In this document: piece after piece, positions 47,733 through 59,719 of the stretch
How positions within the stretch are numbered: the stretch's first letter is position 1
Layout of the letters: each line of letters starts with the position of its first letter
Origin: Ranitomeya imitator
Taxonomy: Eukaryota
NCBI RefSeq assembly: GCF_032444005.1
Contig: NC_091288.1
Coordinates: 187,116,001 to 187,180,000 of the forward strand
Direction: 5' to 3'
Length of the DNA: 64,000 nucleotides
Made by a program: the position numbers and the translations under genes
Notes under the pieces: model-generated
Databases searched by the model: none
What the model saw: the letters and a program-made list of their open reading frames with translations, nothing else
Told to the model about the DNA's origin: nothing

Positions 47733-49030
47733 CTAAAGCTCTGCAGTGCCCAGGCTAGACTACTCCTCACCTAAGGTTCTGTAGGGCCCAGACTACTCCT
47801 CACCTAAAGCTCTGTAGTGCCCAGACTACTTCTCATCTAAAGCTCTGCAGTGCCCAGACTACTCCTCACCTAAGGTTCTGTAGGGCCCAGGCTAGACTAC
47901 TCCTCACCTAAGGTTCTGTAGGGCCCAGGCTAGACTACTCCTCACCTAAGGTTCTGTAGGGCCCGGACTAGACTACTCCTCACCTAAGGTTCTGTAGGGC
48001 CCGGACTAGACTACTCCTCACCTAAGGTTCTGTAGGGCCCGGACTAGACTACTCCTCACCTAAGGTTCTGTAGGGCCCGGACTAGACTACTCCTCACCTA
48101 AGGTTCTGTAGGGCCCGGACTAGACTACTCCTCACCTAAGGTTCTGTAGGGCCCGGACTAGACTACTCCTCACCTAAGGTTCTGTAGGGCCCGGACTAGA
48201 CTACTCCTCACCTAAGGTTCTGTAGGGCCCGGGCTAGACTACTCCTCACCTAAGGTTCTGTAGGGCCCGGGCTAGACTACTCCTCACCTAAGGTTCTGTA
48301 GGGCCCGGGCTAGACTACTCCTCACCTAAGGTTCTGTAGGGCCCAGGCTAGACTACTCCTCACCTAAGGTTCTGTAGGGCCCAGGCTAGACTACTCCTCA
48401 CCTAAGGTTCTGTAGGGCCCAGACTACTCCTCACCTAAGGTTCTGTAGGGCCCGGACTAGACTACTCCTCACCTAAGGTTCTGTAGGGCCCAGGCTAGAC
48501 TACTCCTCACCTAAGGTTCTGTAGGGCCCAGACTAGACTACTCCTCACCTAAGGTTCTGTAGGGCCCAGACTAGACTACTCCTCACCTAAGGTTCTGTAG
48601 GGCCCAGGCTAGACTACTCCTCACCTAAGGTTCTGTAGGGCCCAGACTAGACTACTCCTCACCTAAGGTTCTGTAGGGCCCGGACTAGACTACTCCTCAC
48701 CTAAGGTTCTGTAGGGCCCAGGCTAGACTACTCCTCACCTAAGGTTCTGTAGGGCCCAGACTAGACTACTCCTCACCTAAGGTTCTGTAGGGCCCAGACT
48801 AGACTACTCCTCACCTAAGGTTCTGTAGGGCCCGGACTAGACTACTCCTCACCTAAGGTTCTGTAGGGCCCAAACTACTCCTCACCTAAGCTTCTATATG
48901 GACCAGGACTATACTACTTCTCAACTAAGGTTTTGTAGGGTCCAGACTATACTCCTCCTCACATAAAGCTCTGCTTGGCCCAGAACGACGCTACTTCTCA
49001 CCTCAAGCTCTGCAGTACCCAGACTAGACA
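47733..49030. repeat. About 38-bp minisatellite, roughly 35 units (gactagactactcctcacctaaggttctgtagggcccg), between the TRIM-B ATG and the promoter
   Basis: Only about 4 degenerate units at the homologous position in copy A (14798-14938). Confidence 0.95.
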
Positions 49031-49039
49031 ACTTCTCAC

Positions 49040-49189
49040 AGCACTCGTGGTCCCAAGTCTCCAGCAACACGTGCATTGCCGCTTCCGGTTAGGAACTTCC
49101 TCATTGTGCTTGTAAAGCCCCGCCCTTTCCGTTGACGTCATGTCTCGCTGCTGCAGAGACGGGCATTTGTGCGCAGGCGCGCAGCCAGG
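49040..49189. promoter_or_regulatory. Core promoter, copy B
   Basis: E-box 49068, ETS 49082, GC box 49118 and CRE 49133-49140 retained; attgg (CCAAT) changed to attgt. Confidence 0.65.
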
Positions 49190-49390
49190 ATGAGCTCTGA
49201 GGTCCAGAGGGGGAAAAAACGAGGAAAAGCGCAGTATGTGAGCAACGCCAAGCGGCACCGGGGAGGCCGGCAGCTGGAGGCGGGCATGGAGGGCATCCTC
49301 ATCACCTGCAACATGAACGAGAGGAAGTGCGTGGGGGAAGCCTACAGTCTGCTCAACGAGTACGGAGACCTGCTGTACGGCGCGGAGAAG
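49190..49390 (+). CDS. THUMPD1: THUMPD1 copy B coding exon 1
   Basis: K7R and Q34E versus copy A; donor gtgtgt. Confidence 0.93.
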
Positions 49391-49397
49391 GTGTGTC

Positions 49398-49605
49398 ACT
49401 ACAACTCCCAGCATGCCATGACAGCTGCAGATAGTGTGGGCATGCTGGGAGTTGTAGTCCTGTGACAGCTGCAGATAGTGTGGGCATGCTGGGAGTTGTA
49501 GTCCTGTGACAGCTGCAGATAGTGTGGGCATGCTGGGAGTTGTAGTCCTGTGACAGCTGCAGATAGTGTGGGCATGCTGGGAGTTGTAGCCCTGTGACAG
49601 CTGCA
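49398..49605. repeat. 44-bp minisatellite in THUMPD1-B intron 1 (ACTACAACTCCCAGCATGC units)
   Basis: 4 minus-strand units plus 1 inverted copy; the unit is 2 nt longer than in copy A. Confidence 0.9.
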
Positions 49606-50077
49606 CAGGTTCTGTTGCTGAGCTGCAGCCTTGGGACCTGTGCACACTGCAGGGATTTTCGGACCAATGTTTCTATTCACCTTCCACCTTCTTGGTTTTT
49701 CTCCATCTCTGTCTTCAAAGAGCCAGAAAAGGGTGGAGAAGAAGCTGGTAGGAAAGTGATATTGTAATGTTTGCCGCCCGCCATGATGCACCTGTCTCAT
49801 GTACTTGGTTTGCACAGTCATTCTCTGCTGACAGTCACATCATCAGAATATGACACCCTCTCTGCTCGGTTTGGGTCTGACTACCCGGACCCCAAAAAAT
49901 CATGAGAATTAAGGAAGAGTCAGACACCCGTGTAACTTGGTCGAGGATTTCAACGCAATACTCGGACTGTCCACCCCTGATGCCGGTGGCCTTAGCTCAT
50001 CTTCCATTTTCGGGGTGACAGGTTCCCTTTAATTAGCCATTTTCCATTCAAGTAAGTGTCTTCACTTTATGATCAGT

Positions 50078-50814
50078 TAAAAAATCAAGCTCATCCCGTG
50101 GAAAAAAATCAAGAAAAACAGTCTAGACAAGGATATAATCCTATAAATATATAAAAACATCCCCTGACGAAGGAGCAAGTGCGTCCGAAACGCGCGTCGG
50201 GGTGCCCCTGATTGTCCTGGCTACCCATAGTGGACTATATACATATTGGTCAGAGTAAGTGTCTTCCTACTTTTATCTACCTACCTTCCCTGCATCTGCA
50301 CTTTGCATATAGCACTTTAGTCTCTTTACAAGTCAGTGTAATTATATTTACATCTTAATATGTACATTTTGGCACTTTAGGCACATTGCACTTTTTTACA
50401 CATTTTTTTTTATTCAATCTAGAGTTTCTTTTTTGTCATATATATTTTGGTATTTGCAGGAGGTAGTAAGAGTGAGTGGTTTTTCATGGAGATCTAGACT
50501 ATAATAGCCAGCGATATTAGGGCACGTAGTAATAATTTGTTTACATATATATTGGTATATTCTTTCCTTATAATTTTATGTGTGGAATTTAATAAAAACT
50601 ATAATTTATATGATTATATCCTTGTCTAGACTGTTTTTCTTGATTTTTTTTTCCACGGGATGAGCTTGATTTTTTAACTCTTTGTAGTGTCCCACTACAC
50701 TATTAATACACTGGTTTTTCAGGGATCTCTTTTATCAAATGATTTTATATAAAAAATTGTTTTAATATATTAATATATATCTGTACCTGAATAATATTTG
50801 TGTATTTCTATTAT
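50078..50814 (+). mobile_element. Penelope-like insertion in THUMPD1-B intron 1, only in copy B
   Basis: 14-bp TSD actttatgatcagt (50064-50077, 50815-50828); inverted repeat of about 66 bp (50075-50140 vs 50612-50679); hammerhead motif; empty site at about 22960-22975 in copy A. Confidence 0.75.
50158..50204 (+). ncRNA. Minimal type I hammerhead ribozyme motif (Penelope-type)
   Basis: Stem I catccc/ggggtg (6 bp, one wobble); core CUGACGA plus an extra A; stem II GGA-GC-aagu-GC-g-UCC; GAAA; stem III AC-gcgc-GU; cleavage triplet GUC (C50198). Confidence 0.65.
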
Positions 50815-51055
50815 ACTTTATGATCAGTGTAGAGCCGCCCCCTCTATCCCTTCACGGCCCCCATCTGTGCAGAGAATAGCAGCCGGTCCCGTTCACTTGG
50901 AAAAGGCAGCGCTGCAGCTCTCTGTACGGTGTATGGAGTAGGTTTTCAGTGTGGATTTCTTGGCACAAGTCTGCAGCTCCGGGCCTGCGCCGATGTCGTG
51001 TATCCCCAAATTAAAAGTAAATGCTGTTGATGGATCTTTCTTTCTCCATTGACAG

Positions 51056-51242
51056 CTCTGTGATAAAGAAGACAGACTCTCGGGCAGCGAAGAGGAAGAA
51101 GATGATGACGACGACGACGTTGAAGCCGCTTTGAAGAAAGAAGTTGACCAGATTCGTACATCGACTGAAAAGAATTTACGCAGATTTCAGTCAGTAGAAA
51201 GTGGCGCTAATAATGTTGTTTTCATTAGGACCCTGAATGTAG
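51056..51242 (+). CDS. THUMPD1: THUMPD1 copy B coding exon 2
   Basis: AG/GT intact; G72E; acidic run E4D6 versus E5D4 (+1 codon, in frame). Confidence 0.93.
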
Positions 51243-53203
51243 GTAAGATCACGTCCTTCCCCCTCTACATGACTTGCTGGAGAAGTGGATTCGCCTGATG
51301 CAGATCTGTTAGCAGAAACTCCTGATCTCTTCCATACTTGTTAATGGGGTCGTATTCGAGGCAGGTGGATGGATTTCTACAAGCCGTGTTTAGAGCATTG
51401 AGAAATTGAAGGAAACTTCTGCAACAGATCTGTTTCCAGACGCTGCATCCACTGCAAAAATTAAAATCTGCCCCATATGCTGCATATTTACTGCAGGTTT
51501 TACCTCCTATATTGCAAAGGTCAGAATCCACAGTGTAAATTGACAGGTTGTGGATGTGACATCTAAAGTGTTACTCAATTCATATTTTTTTTCCTGCAGC
51601 TTGTGGTTGAGGTTTCGTAAGATCTGATCCACAACCCTGATTCTGTGCACGGCAGATTTTCCCATTTTTATCCTGCTAGTTATTCAACCCAGCTCTAATC
51701 GCTGCTGTTAACCATTTAGATGCTACTATCAGACAGCAGCAGTTAAATTAAGTGTTGCTGGTGCACACATTCACTAGCTCCCATTGGCCCATCCTGATGC
51801 ACCGATAGGCTATAATGGCAGCTGGAGGTCTGCTGAAGCCTCATCTGAGCCCGCGATTTACAATATATACTGCAATATTGTGGGATATGATATAAGCAGC
51901 TCAATGATCGCTGATTCAAGTTCCCTAAAGGGGAATGCAAAACATAAATATATAAAAATATCCCCTTTGTGGCATGTGCCGTACTAGTATGGCGCATGTC
52001 ACATCTCCCCCTTTGATGCGGGCTCCGGCGCTGAGCCCACATCAAAGCCAGGACATGTCAGCTGTTTTTGAACAGCTGACATGTGCCCACAATAGCGGGG
52101 GGTTGGAATTGCGATTCACCCGCCGCTATTAACTAGTTAAATGCCGCTGTCAAACTCTGACAGCGGCATTTAACTAGCGCTTCCGGCCGGAAATGCGTGC
52201 ATCGCTGACCCCGTCACGTGATTGGGGGTCAGCGATGCCTCTCCTGCAGACCTCTATGGTTGTTGATGCCGAATTGCTGTGAGTGCCACCCTGTGGTCAG
52301 CGCTCATAGCAATGTAGTAATTCAGCTACATAGGGGCGATCTGAGCATCGCTCCTATGTAGCAGAGCCGATCAGGCTATGCCATCTTCTAGCCTCCCGTG
52401 GAGGCTATTGAAGCATGGCAAAAGTAAAAAAAAAAAAAAAAAAAAAAAATTAAAATATAAATCGCCCCCCTTTCGCCCCATTAAAAATAAAACAATAAAA
52501 AATAAATCAATCCTACACATGTTTGATATCGCCGCGTTCAGAATCGCCCGATTAATCAATGAAAAAAAAGGATTAACCTGATCGCTAAACGACGTATTGA
52601 AAAAAAACATCAAAACGCCAGAATTATGCTCACATACAGTGCTAAATGACTTTCAAGGAGCATTTGATCATATCAATACTTAGTCTTTTTTTTTTTTTTG
52701 TTGCAGATTCCATCTGTAACTGGGGCTGGTATTAGTAGCCCCGGTTACATGGATGTATCAGTTTCCGAGCTGCATAGCGGAGCTTTTTCGGTTTCTGACT
52801 CTCCATACACCCAGTGATCACATGTTCACTGGGTCCGGAGGAGGACACACTGTTAGTACTTCCTAATCTGTACGTATAAGAGCTAATTCAGTGCAGTGTG
52901 TACATAGATCGAGTTAAATAAACCATGTTTATCGCTATGGGAAGTCTGGCTGTGTCTGACAGCTGCTTCCCACAGCGACATGATCGCATGCAAGATGGTT
53001 AGACTGCAATGATGTGCCAGAACGTCAGTGCCAGGACGAGTGTGGACTTCCCGGACATGCAACGTCTATAGGCCGCCCAGAACAAGTTATTCAACCCATA
53101 TGGTAAATGCTGTAAAGAGGAAGACACAAATAAAAATGGCAAGATTGTGTTTTTTCAGCCACAACACTGCCCTTCTATTTTTAATATTTGTGATTTCTTT
53201 CAG

Positions 53204-53452
53204 AGCCGGAGAAGTTGGTTCACCACATTTTAAAGGATCTGAACACTACGAAGAAGAAGAAGACACGGGTCATCCTTCGTATGCTACCCGTCACCGGTAC
53301 TTGTAAAGCTTTCCCCGAGGATCTCAAGAAATACACAGAGATGTTCTTCCATCCTTGGTTTAAAGCTCCCAACAAAGGAACATTTCAGATTGTGTATAAG
53401 GCAAGAAATAATAATCACATGAACAGAGAGGAGGTCATAAAGGACCTGGCAG
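53204..53452 (+). CDS. THUMPD1: THUMPD1 copy B coding exon 3
   Basis: AG/GT intact; KKYTEMFFHPW versus KKYAETFLHPW. Confidence 0.93.
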
Positions 53453-54812
53453 GTGAGAAAGCATGGCGGCATCCGTGTGTAGTAGCATGCCATCCTCACG
53501 TGTCATATGTGTTGTATTATAGCTGTGCAAATCCGTACAACCGACACTGTCCAGACACTTGAGAGCATGAACGAAGAATATGTAGGCTGCTATAATTTCC
53601 CCATTAGCAGGGAACATGAGAAGAGACAATATGAAAGAGTTGTTGTGGACAGGGACAAGTTGGCATTCAATCAAACAGGTAGGTGGCACGCCCAGTGAAT
53701 TAGCTGGAGACTGGTGCTAGTTCCTCTGAGTACTTGTAGACCAATAGTCGGAAGAGTGAAGGAACTGCACAACTAAAGGCACGTGGACATGCTCCAGATG
53801 GGATTTGCTGACAGAACTGGATATCCAATAGTCACACCTCAGTAAGTACAGCATTAGTTAACATTTCGGAAGAAAACTCCTTCATCAGACGTATAGGCTC
53901 ACTGCATATGGGTTAAGGCGATGAAGGGTGTGGGTGGGCTTCCCCCAAACAGGGACAACCACTATCAAACCATATCGAGTCACCCTGGATTCTCTTATCC
54001 TATATGTGGTGAACATAGCCTATACATCTGATAAAGGGTTTTTCACCCAAAACGTTACGTAATTGGATATCCAATCCAGTCAATAAATCCAATTTGAAGA
54101 ATCTTCACGTGACTTTTAGGTGTGAAGTTCCTTCACTCTGTCTACAAGTTGGCATTGCAGTCATTACATGGGATCCTATAGCAAAAAGATCACAAGGCCC
54201 CTTTATTTTGATAACCTTTCTTACCCCATTTTCAGCTCCTGGATCATTTTCCTTTTCCCCTACTTGCCATCACATTGCTTTGAGGTCCCTGCTGCATGCC
54301 ACAAGCTGTAGTGATTGCTGCACTCTTTATAAAATATTAATGGTGGTGTGAGATGCTGATGGGCACAGAGTTGCTTACTGCTTTACCCTCATTCATTTCC
54401 AATTTTACTGTCTCATTTGTACTTCTTGGGTGGGCCATCATTTTGTTAGTGGGGGTCAAACTGCCGGGACCTGCAATGATTCAGAGAGTGATTGAGCAGG
54501 GGTATTTCTCTGCGCTGTGGCGCTCTGTCACCTGCTCTGCTGGCAATTTCAGCACAGCTCAGGTGAAGTAAGGGGAACACTTTAGAAAGGACTCCCATAG
54601 TGTGAATCCAGAAAAAAAAAATCAAAGCTAAAAACCAAAGCCAGAATTGCTGTTTTTGATCATATCAGAAATATGTTCCAAAATTCTGAAAATTACGCAA
54701 AAATACCAAGCCCTAACAAAACTGTCTGTGTAAAACTTACGGCTCTCGGAACAGCCAAGTGTTGATTATTTTTATTTTTTTTTAAAGTGATTTTTCTTGT
54801 GTAAAAGTACTA

Positions 54813-56628
54813 CCGTATATACTCGAGTATAAGCCGACCCCCCTAATTTTGCCACAAAAAACTGGGAAAGCTTATTGACTCGAGTATAAGCCTAGGGTGG
54901 AAATGCAGCATTTACCGGTGAATTTCAAAAAATAAAAATAGATAATTCTTGCCCCATAGTTGTGCCATATAGTGCTCTGCATGTTCATTATTGCCCCATA
55001 GCTGTGCCCCACATAGTGCTCTGCACCATTCATGATTGTCCCTATAGCTGTGCCCCATACAGTGCTCTGCACCGTTCATTGTTCCCTATAGCTGTGCCCC
55101 ATACAGTGCTCTGCACCGTTCATTGTTCCCTATAGCTGTGCCCCATACAGTGCTCTGCACCGTTCATTGTTCCCTATAGCTGTGCCCCATACAGTGCTCT
55201 GCACCGTTCATTGTTCCCTATAGCTGTGCCCCATACAGTGCTCTGCACCTTTCATTGTTCCCTATAGCTGTGCCCCATACAGTGCTATGCACCGTTCATT
55301 GTTCCCTATAGCTGTGCCCCATACAGTGCTCTGCACCGTTCATTGTTCCCTATAGCTGTGCCCCATACAGTGCTCTGCACCGTTCATTGTTCCCTATAGC
55401 TGTGCCCCATACAGTGCTCTGCACCGTTCATTGTTCCCTATAGCTGTGCCCCATACAGTGCTCTGCACCGTTCATTGTTCCCTATAGCTGTGCCCCATAC
55501 AGTGCTCTGCTCCGTTCATTGTTCCCTATAGCTGTGCCCCATACAGTGCTCTGCACCGTTTATTGTTCCCTATAGCTGTGCCCCATACAGTGCTCTGCAC
55601 CGTTCATTGTTCCCTATAGCTGTGCCCCATACAGTGCTCTGCTCCGTTCATTGTTCCCTATAGCTGTGCCCCATACAGTGCTCTGCACCGTTTATTGTTC
55701 CCTATAGCTGTGCCCCATACAGTGCTCTGCACCGTTCATTGTTCCCTATAGCTGTGCCCCATATAGTGCTCTGCACCGTTCATTGTTCCCTATAGCTGTG
55801 CCCCATATAGTGCGCTGCACCGTTCATTATTTCCCTATAGCTCTGCCATATAGTGCTCTGCACCGTTCATTGTTCCCTATAGCTGTGCCCCATATAGTGC
55901 TCTGCACCATTCATTATTTCCCTATAGCTCTGCCATATAGTGCTCTGCACTGTTCATAGTTCCCTATATAAAGCTGTGCCATTGCCGCTGCTGCTGCAGT
56001 AAAAAAAAAAAAAAAAAGAAAAAAACACATACTCGCCTCTCTTGCTTGCAGCTCCCGGCGTCCGGTCCCGGCGCCTCCATCTTCCCGGCGTCTCTGCACT
56101 GACTGATCAGGCAGAGGGCGCCGCGCACACTATATGCGTCATCGCGCCCTCTGACCTGAACAGTCAGAGCGCAGACGCCGGGAAGATGGAGGCGCCGGGA
56201 AGATGGAGCGGCGCCCGGCGTCTGGAACACGGACAGGTGACTATTACATACTTACCTGGTCCCGACGTCCGGCTCCCTCTGCCTGTCACAGCTGGTCTTC
56301 GGTGCCGCAGCTTCTTTCTCTAATCAGCGGTCACCGGCAGCGCTGATTAGAAAAATGAATAGGCGGCTCCACCCCTATGGGAGGTGGAGCCGCCTATTCA
56401 TTTCTGTAATGAGCGGTCCCACGTGACTGCTGAAGAGGGGAAGAAGCAGCACCGAAGACCGTGGGATTGGCAGGGACAGCTCCAGGATCGCTGGGACTAG
56501 GTAAGTATGCCTCAGCGCCCTCACCCGCCGACCCTGCCACCCACCTTGACTCTAGTATAAGCCGAGAGGGGCACTTTCAGCCCAAAAATTTGGGCTGAAA
56601 ATCTCGGCCTATACTCGAGTATATACGG
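54813..56628. mobile_element. Tc1/mariner-superfamily (Tc2-like) non-autonomous element, only in copy B intron 3
   Basis: Perfect 20-bp TIR ccgtatatactcgagtata; TA TSD (54811-54812, 56629-56630); empty site agtactaaatgg at about 33046-33057 in copy A. Confidence 0.85.
54990..55965. repeat. 44-bp minisatellite, about 22 units, inside the Tc2-like element
   Basis: Unit gctgtgccccatacagtgctctgcaccgttcattgttccctata. Confidence 0.95.
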
Positions 56629-56988
56629 TAAATGGTAAAAAGAACTGTCTTAAGTATCGCCATAATTGTTGTATTAACTTGTACTATAAAACTATCATTT
56701 ATCTGACACTGTGAATGCCATTAAAATTAATTCTAATGAACACTCAGGAAGAGGATTCATATTTAACTTCCCAGGGGAGCATTGCATGGCCTATAAGTCT
56801 CCATACACCAACCTGCCAATCTCCAAAAAGAGAAATTTTAACACTTTTGACTCCTTACAAAATAAACAATCGCTAAAGTTGCTCTTTATGGTCACTTTTT
56901 AATTCATTATGTATGAACAGAAAAGTCAAATGTTCCTGTTTTAGTTAGATTTTTCTTCTGGATTGACTGACACGGTTTTATGTTTCAG

Positions 56989-57233
56989 GACTAGTTGGGA
57001 ACCTGAATCCGGAGAATAAGGTGGACCTGACCAATCCTGAGTTCACCATTGTAGTGGAGATTATCAGGAACGTCTGCTGCCTGAGCGTGGTGAAGGACTA
57101 TACCTTGTTAAGGAAATATAACCTACAGGAGGTGGTAAAGAGCGCCAAAGAGGAGAAACCACAGGAACCAGCTGGGGATGCCGGAAAGGAGAAAACAGAA
57201 GAGCAAAGCAACGAAGACCCTGCAGTGGTCTGA
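56989..57233 (+). CDS. THUMPD1: THUMPD1 copy B coding exon 4 (protein total 293 aa)
   Basis: Identical to copy A except ttc to tta (TLFRKY to TLLRKY). Confidence 0.93.
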
Positions 57234-57770
57234 GACGCCTAAAAACCATGTACATGTAGAGCCCGGAAGAAATCAAGTCAGCAAACATCCAGGCACAAAA
57301 AATCCCCTGTATGTTGGTTTAGTAACATAAACCCCTTTAGCTGCTGTTATTTTCCCCTTTGTACATTTTTGCCCCCTCCTTAGAGCAGCGCTTGAAATTA
57401 GTGATTTTCTGATTTTTAGTAAGGTTATGGTGCACATGGACAATTTGGTCATTGTGTTGCTTTCCAGTTATGTTTACTATGACATAAAAACTGGGTTCCT
57501 CTGGGAAAATAAAATTTTATTTTTTGATCATTTTGGGTAGGTTTTAATTCAACAATGTGAGTGATGGATCTGTAAGCCAGAAACCATATACTGCATCAGA
57601 AGACGTAGTCAACAGAGCATGTCCATTACCATCTGATGGGGGAGAGGGGGAAATGTTGTGCTTTATCTCCAAATTAAAAACCTAAGGGAAAAGTGTCAGG
57701 AATGTCATGTGTCAACCCCCAACCTCACGGACACACCATTGACGTCTCATACAGTATCTAGTGCCATTTA

Positions 57771-58782
57771 GGCCGGTTTCACACGTCAGTGGCTCCGGTA
57801 CATGAGGTGACAGTTTCTTCACGTACTGGAGCCACTGACACAAGTAGACACATTAAAATCAATGCATCTGTGCAGATGTCATTGATTTTTTGCGGACCGT
57901 GTCTCCGTGTGCCAAACACAGAGACATGTCAGTGTTCGTGGGAGCGCACGTATTACATGGACCCATTAAAGTCAATGGGTCCGTGTAAAACACGTACCGC
58001 ACACGGACATTGTCCGTGTGCAGTCCGTGTGCCATGCAGGAGACAGCACTACATTAAGCGCTGTCCCCCCCACTGGTGCTGAAGCCGCGATTCATATCTT
58101 CCCTGCAGCAGCGTTTGCTGTAGAGAAGATATGAATAATCGTGTTTAAAATGAAGATCTATGTGCCCCCCGCCCTCCCACACCCTGTGCGCCCCCCGCTG
58201 TTCTTAAAATACTCACCTGGCTCGCTCCCTCGCCGGCGCTGTTTCCTCTCCTGGCCGCATCTTCTACTGTGTGAGCTGTCACGTGGGGCCGCCGATTACA
58301 GTCATGAATATGCGGCTCCACCTCCCATAGGGGTGGAGCCGTATATTCATTTCTGTAAATGAGCGGCCCCACATAACCGCATACAGTAGAAGGTGCGGCC
58401 AGGACAGGAAGCAGCGACAGCCAACGAGGGAGCCGGGTGAGTATTTTAAGAACAGCAGGGGGGTGGGAGGGGGGGGGTTGCACATAGATCTTTATTTTAA
58501 ACACGATTATTCATATCTTCTCTACAGCAAACGCTGCTGCAGGGAAGATATGAATGGGGTTTCAGCACCAGAGGCAGGGGACAGCGCTAAACTTTAGCGC
58601 TGTCTCCTGCACGGTGCGTGTGGTACCCAGTGGGCACACGGGCGGCACACGTGTGCCGCACGTGTGCCACACTGATGTGCCACAGAAACGCAACGGCACA
58701 TGGACACGGATAATTCTGGTACCGATTTTTTTTTTTTTTTTTTTTTTCGGTACCGGAATTATCTGGACGTGTGGGACTGCCC
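57771..58782. mobile_element. PIF/Harbinger-type element, only in copy B
   Basis: ggccggtttcacacgtc...gacgtgtgggactgccc; TTA TSD; empty site gccatttaatgattgg at about 34199-34216. Confidence 0.75.
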
Positions 58783-59719
58783 TTAATGATTGGTTTGGGG
58801 TTCTTCCTGTAGTTCTTGGGACCTGTCTGCTCTCCTAATTTGCCTGTTTTACTAAACCCTTGTTTCTCTGATCGCCCATGACGGCACCACGGAGAGGGGA
58901 TCTGCCCACCAAGGACAGGAAACCTACGGATAAAAAGGCGGTACCACTCTCCTGCATCAGTTGGTTTCCTGTCCTTGATGGGAGACCTACGGACTTACCA
59001 GTTCGACGTTGGAATTCCGGGGCCAACCAGTCCGACTCAGGCAGCTGGGGTCCCTCTGCCTCGGCTAGGGTGGTGACCCGAAGCGCCACCGCTGGGAGCC
59101 AGTGGGCCTACAGGGTGTGCGGGGGAGGTGACAAGGAGTTTGCGGTCACCTCCCCAGGTAAGATGCAGCAGCGGCAACATCCAGGGGGGTCCCTCTGTGG
59201 TTGCGGGAGGTGCAGCGCGACCCTCCCTAAAACAAGCATCAGTCTGCACGCTGCACTGCCATCGGGCGTGCAGAGTAACGCGCTAAAGGGACTGCATAGG
59301 ACCGGGGGTGCCGGTCAGCAGCGCCATATCTGCTTTCCGGGCGCCATCTTGAAAGTTCGGCGCATGCCCGGGATCCAGGCTGGTCTAGCGAGGTTGAAGG
59401 GAGCTTCCGCACAGGCGCCGGCGGATTGCCGCTCGGGCGCTTGGTGCGGTCTGCGCAGGCGTCGGCGGAGTTGCCGCTCATGCGCAGGCGCCGGTTACGG
59501 CTTGATTGCGCAGGCGCCGGCGTTCTGCGCTCCTCGCCGTCGGCAGGCGCTACTGCGCAAGCGCACCAAAAAAAAAAAAAGCGGCGGGAGGGTTTAAATA
59601 GGAGAATCCACATCCTCCCAGTGGCTCTGCAATAATAGGCAGGAGCCTCAAGAGCTAATAGTCGCCGCAGCGCCAGCTCAGCTCGAGTATCAAGGCAGCA
59701 TCCGCAGACCAGCAGCAGT

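Larger units (their letters stand above)
43385..58860 (+). repeat. Segmental duplication copy B (TRIM-THUMPD1 cassette)
   Basis: Direct-orientation homolog of about 12395-34300. Confidence 0.9.

Noticed and set aside
47733-49030. CRISPR-like appearance of the 30-, 38-, 42- and 44-bp arrays
   Set aside because: Units are head-to-tail with no unique spacers, there are no cas genes, and the context is eukaryotic.
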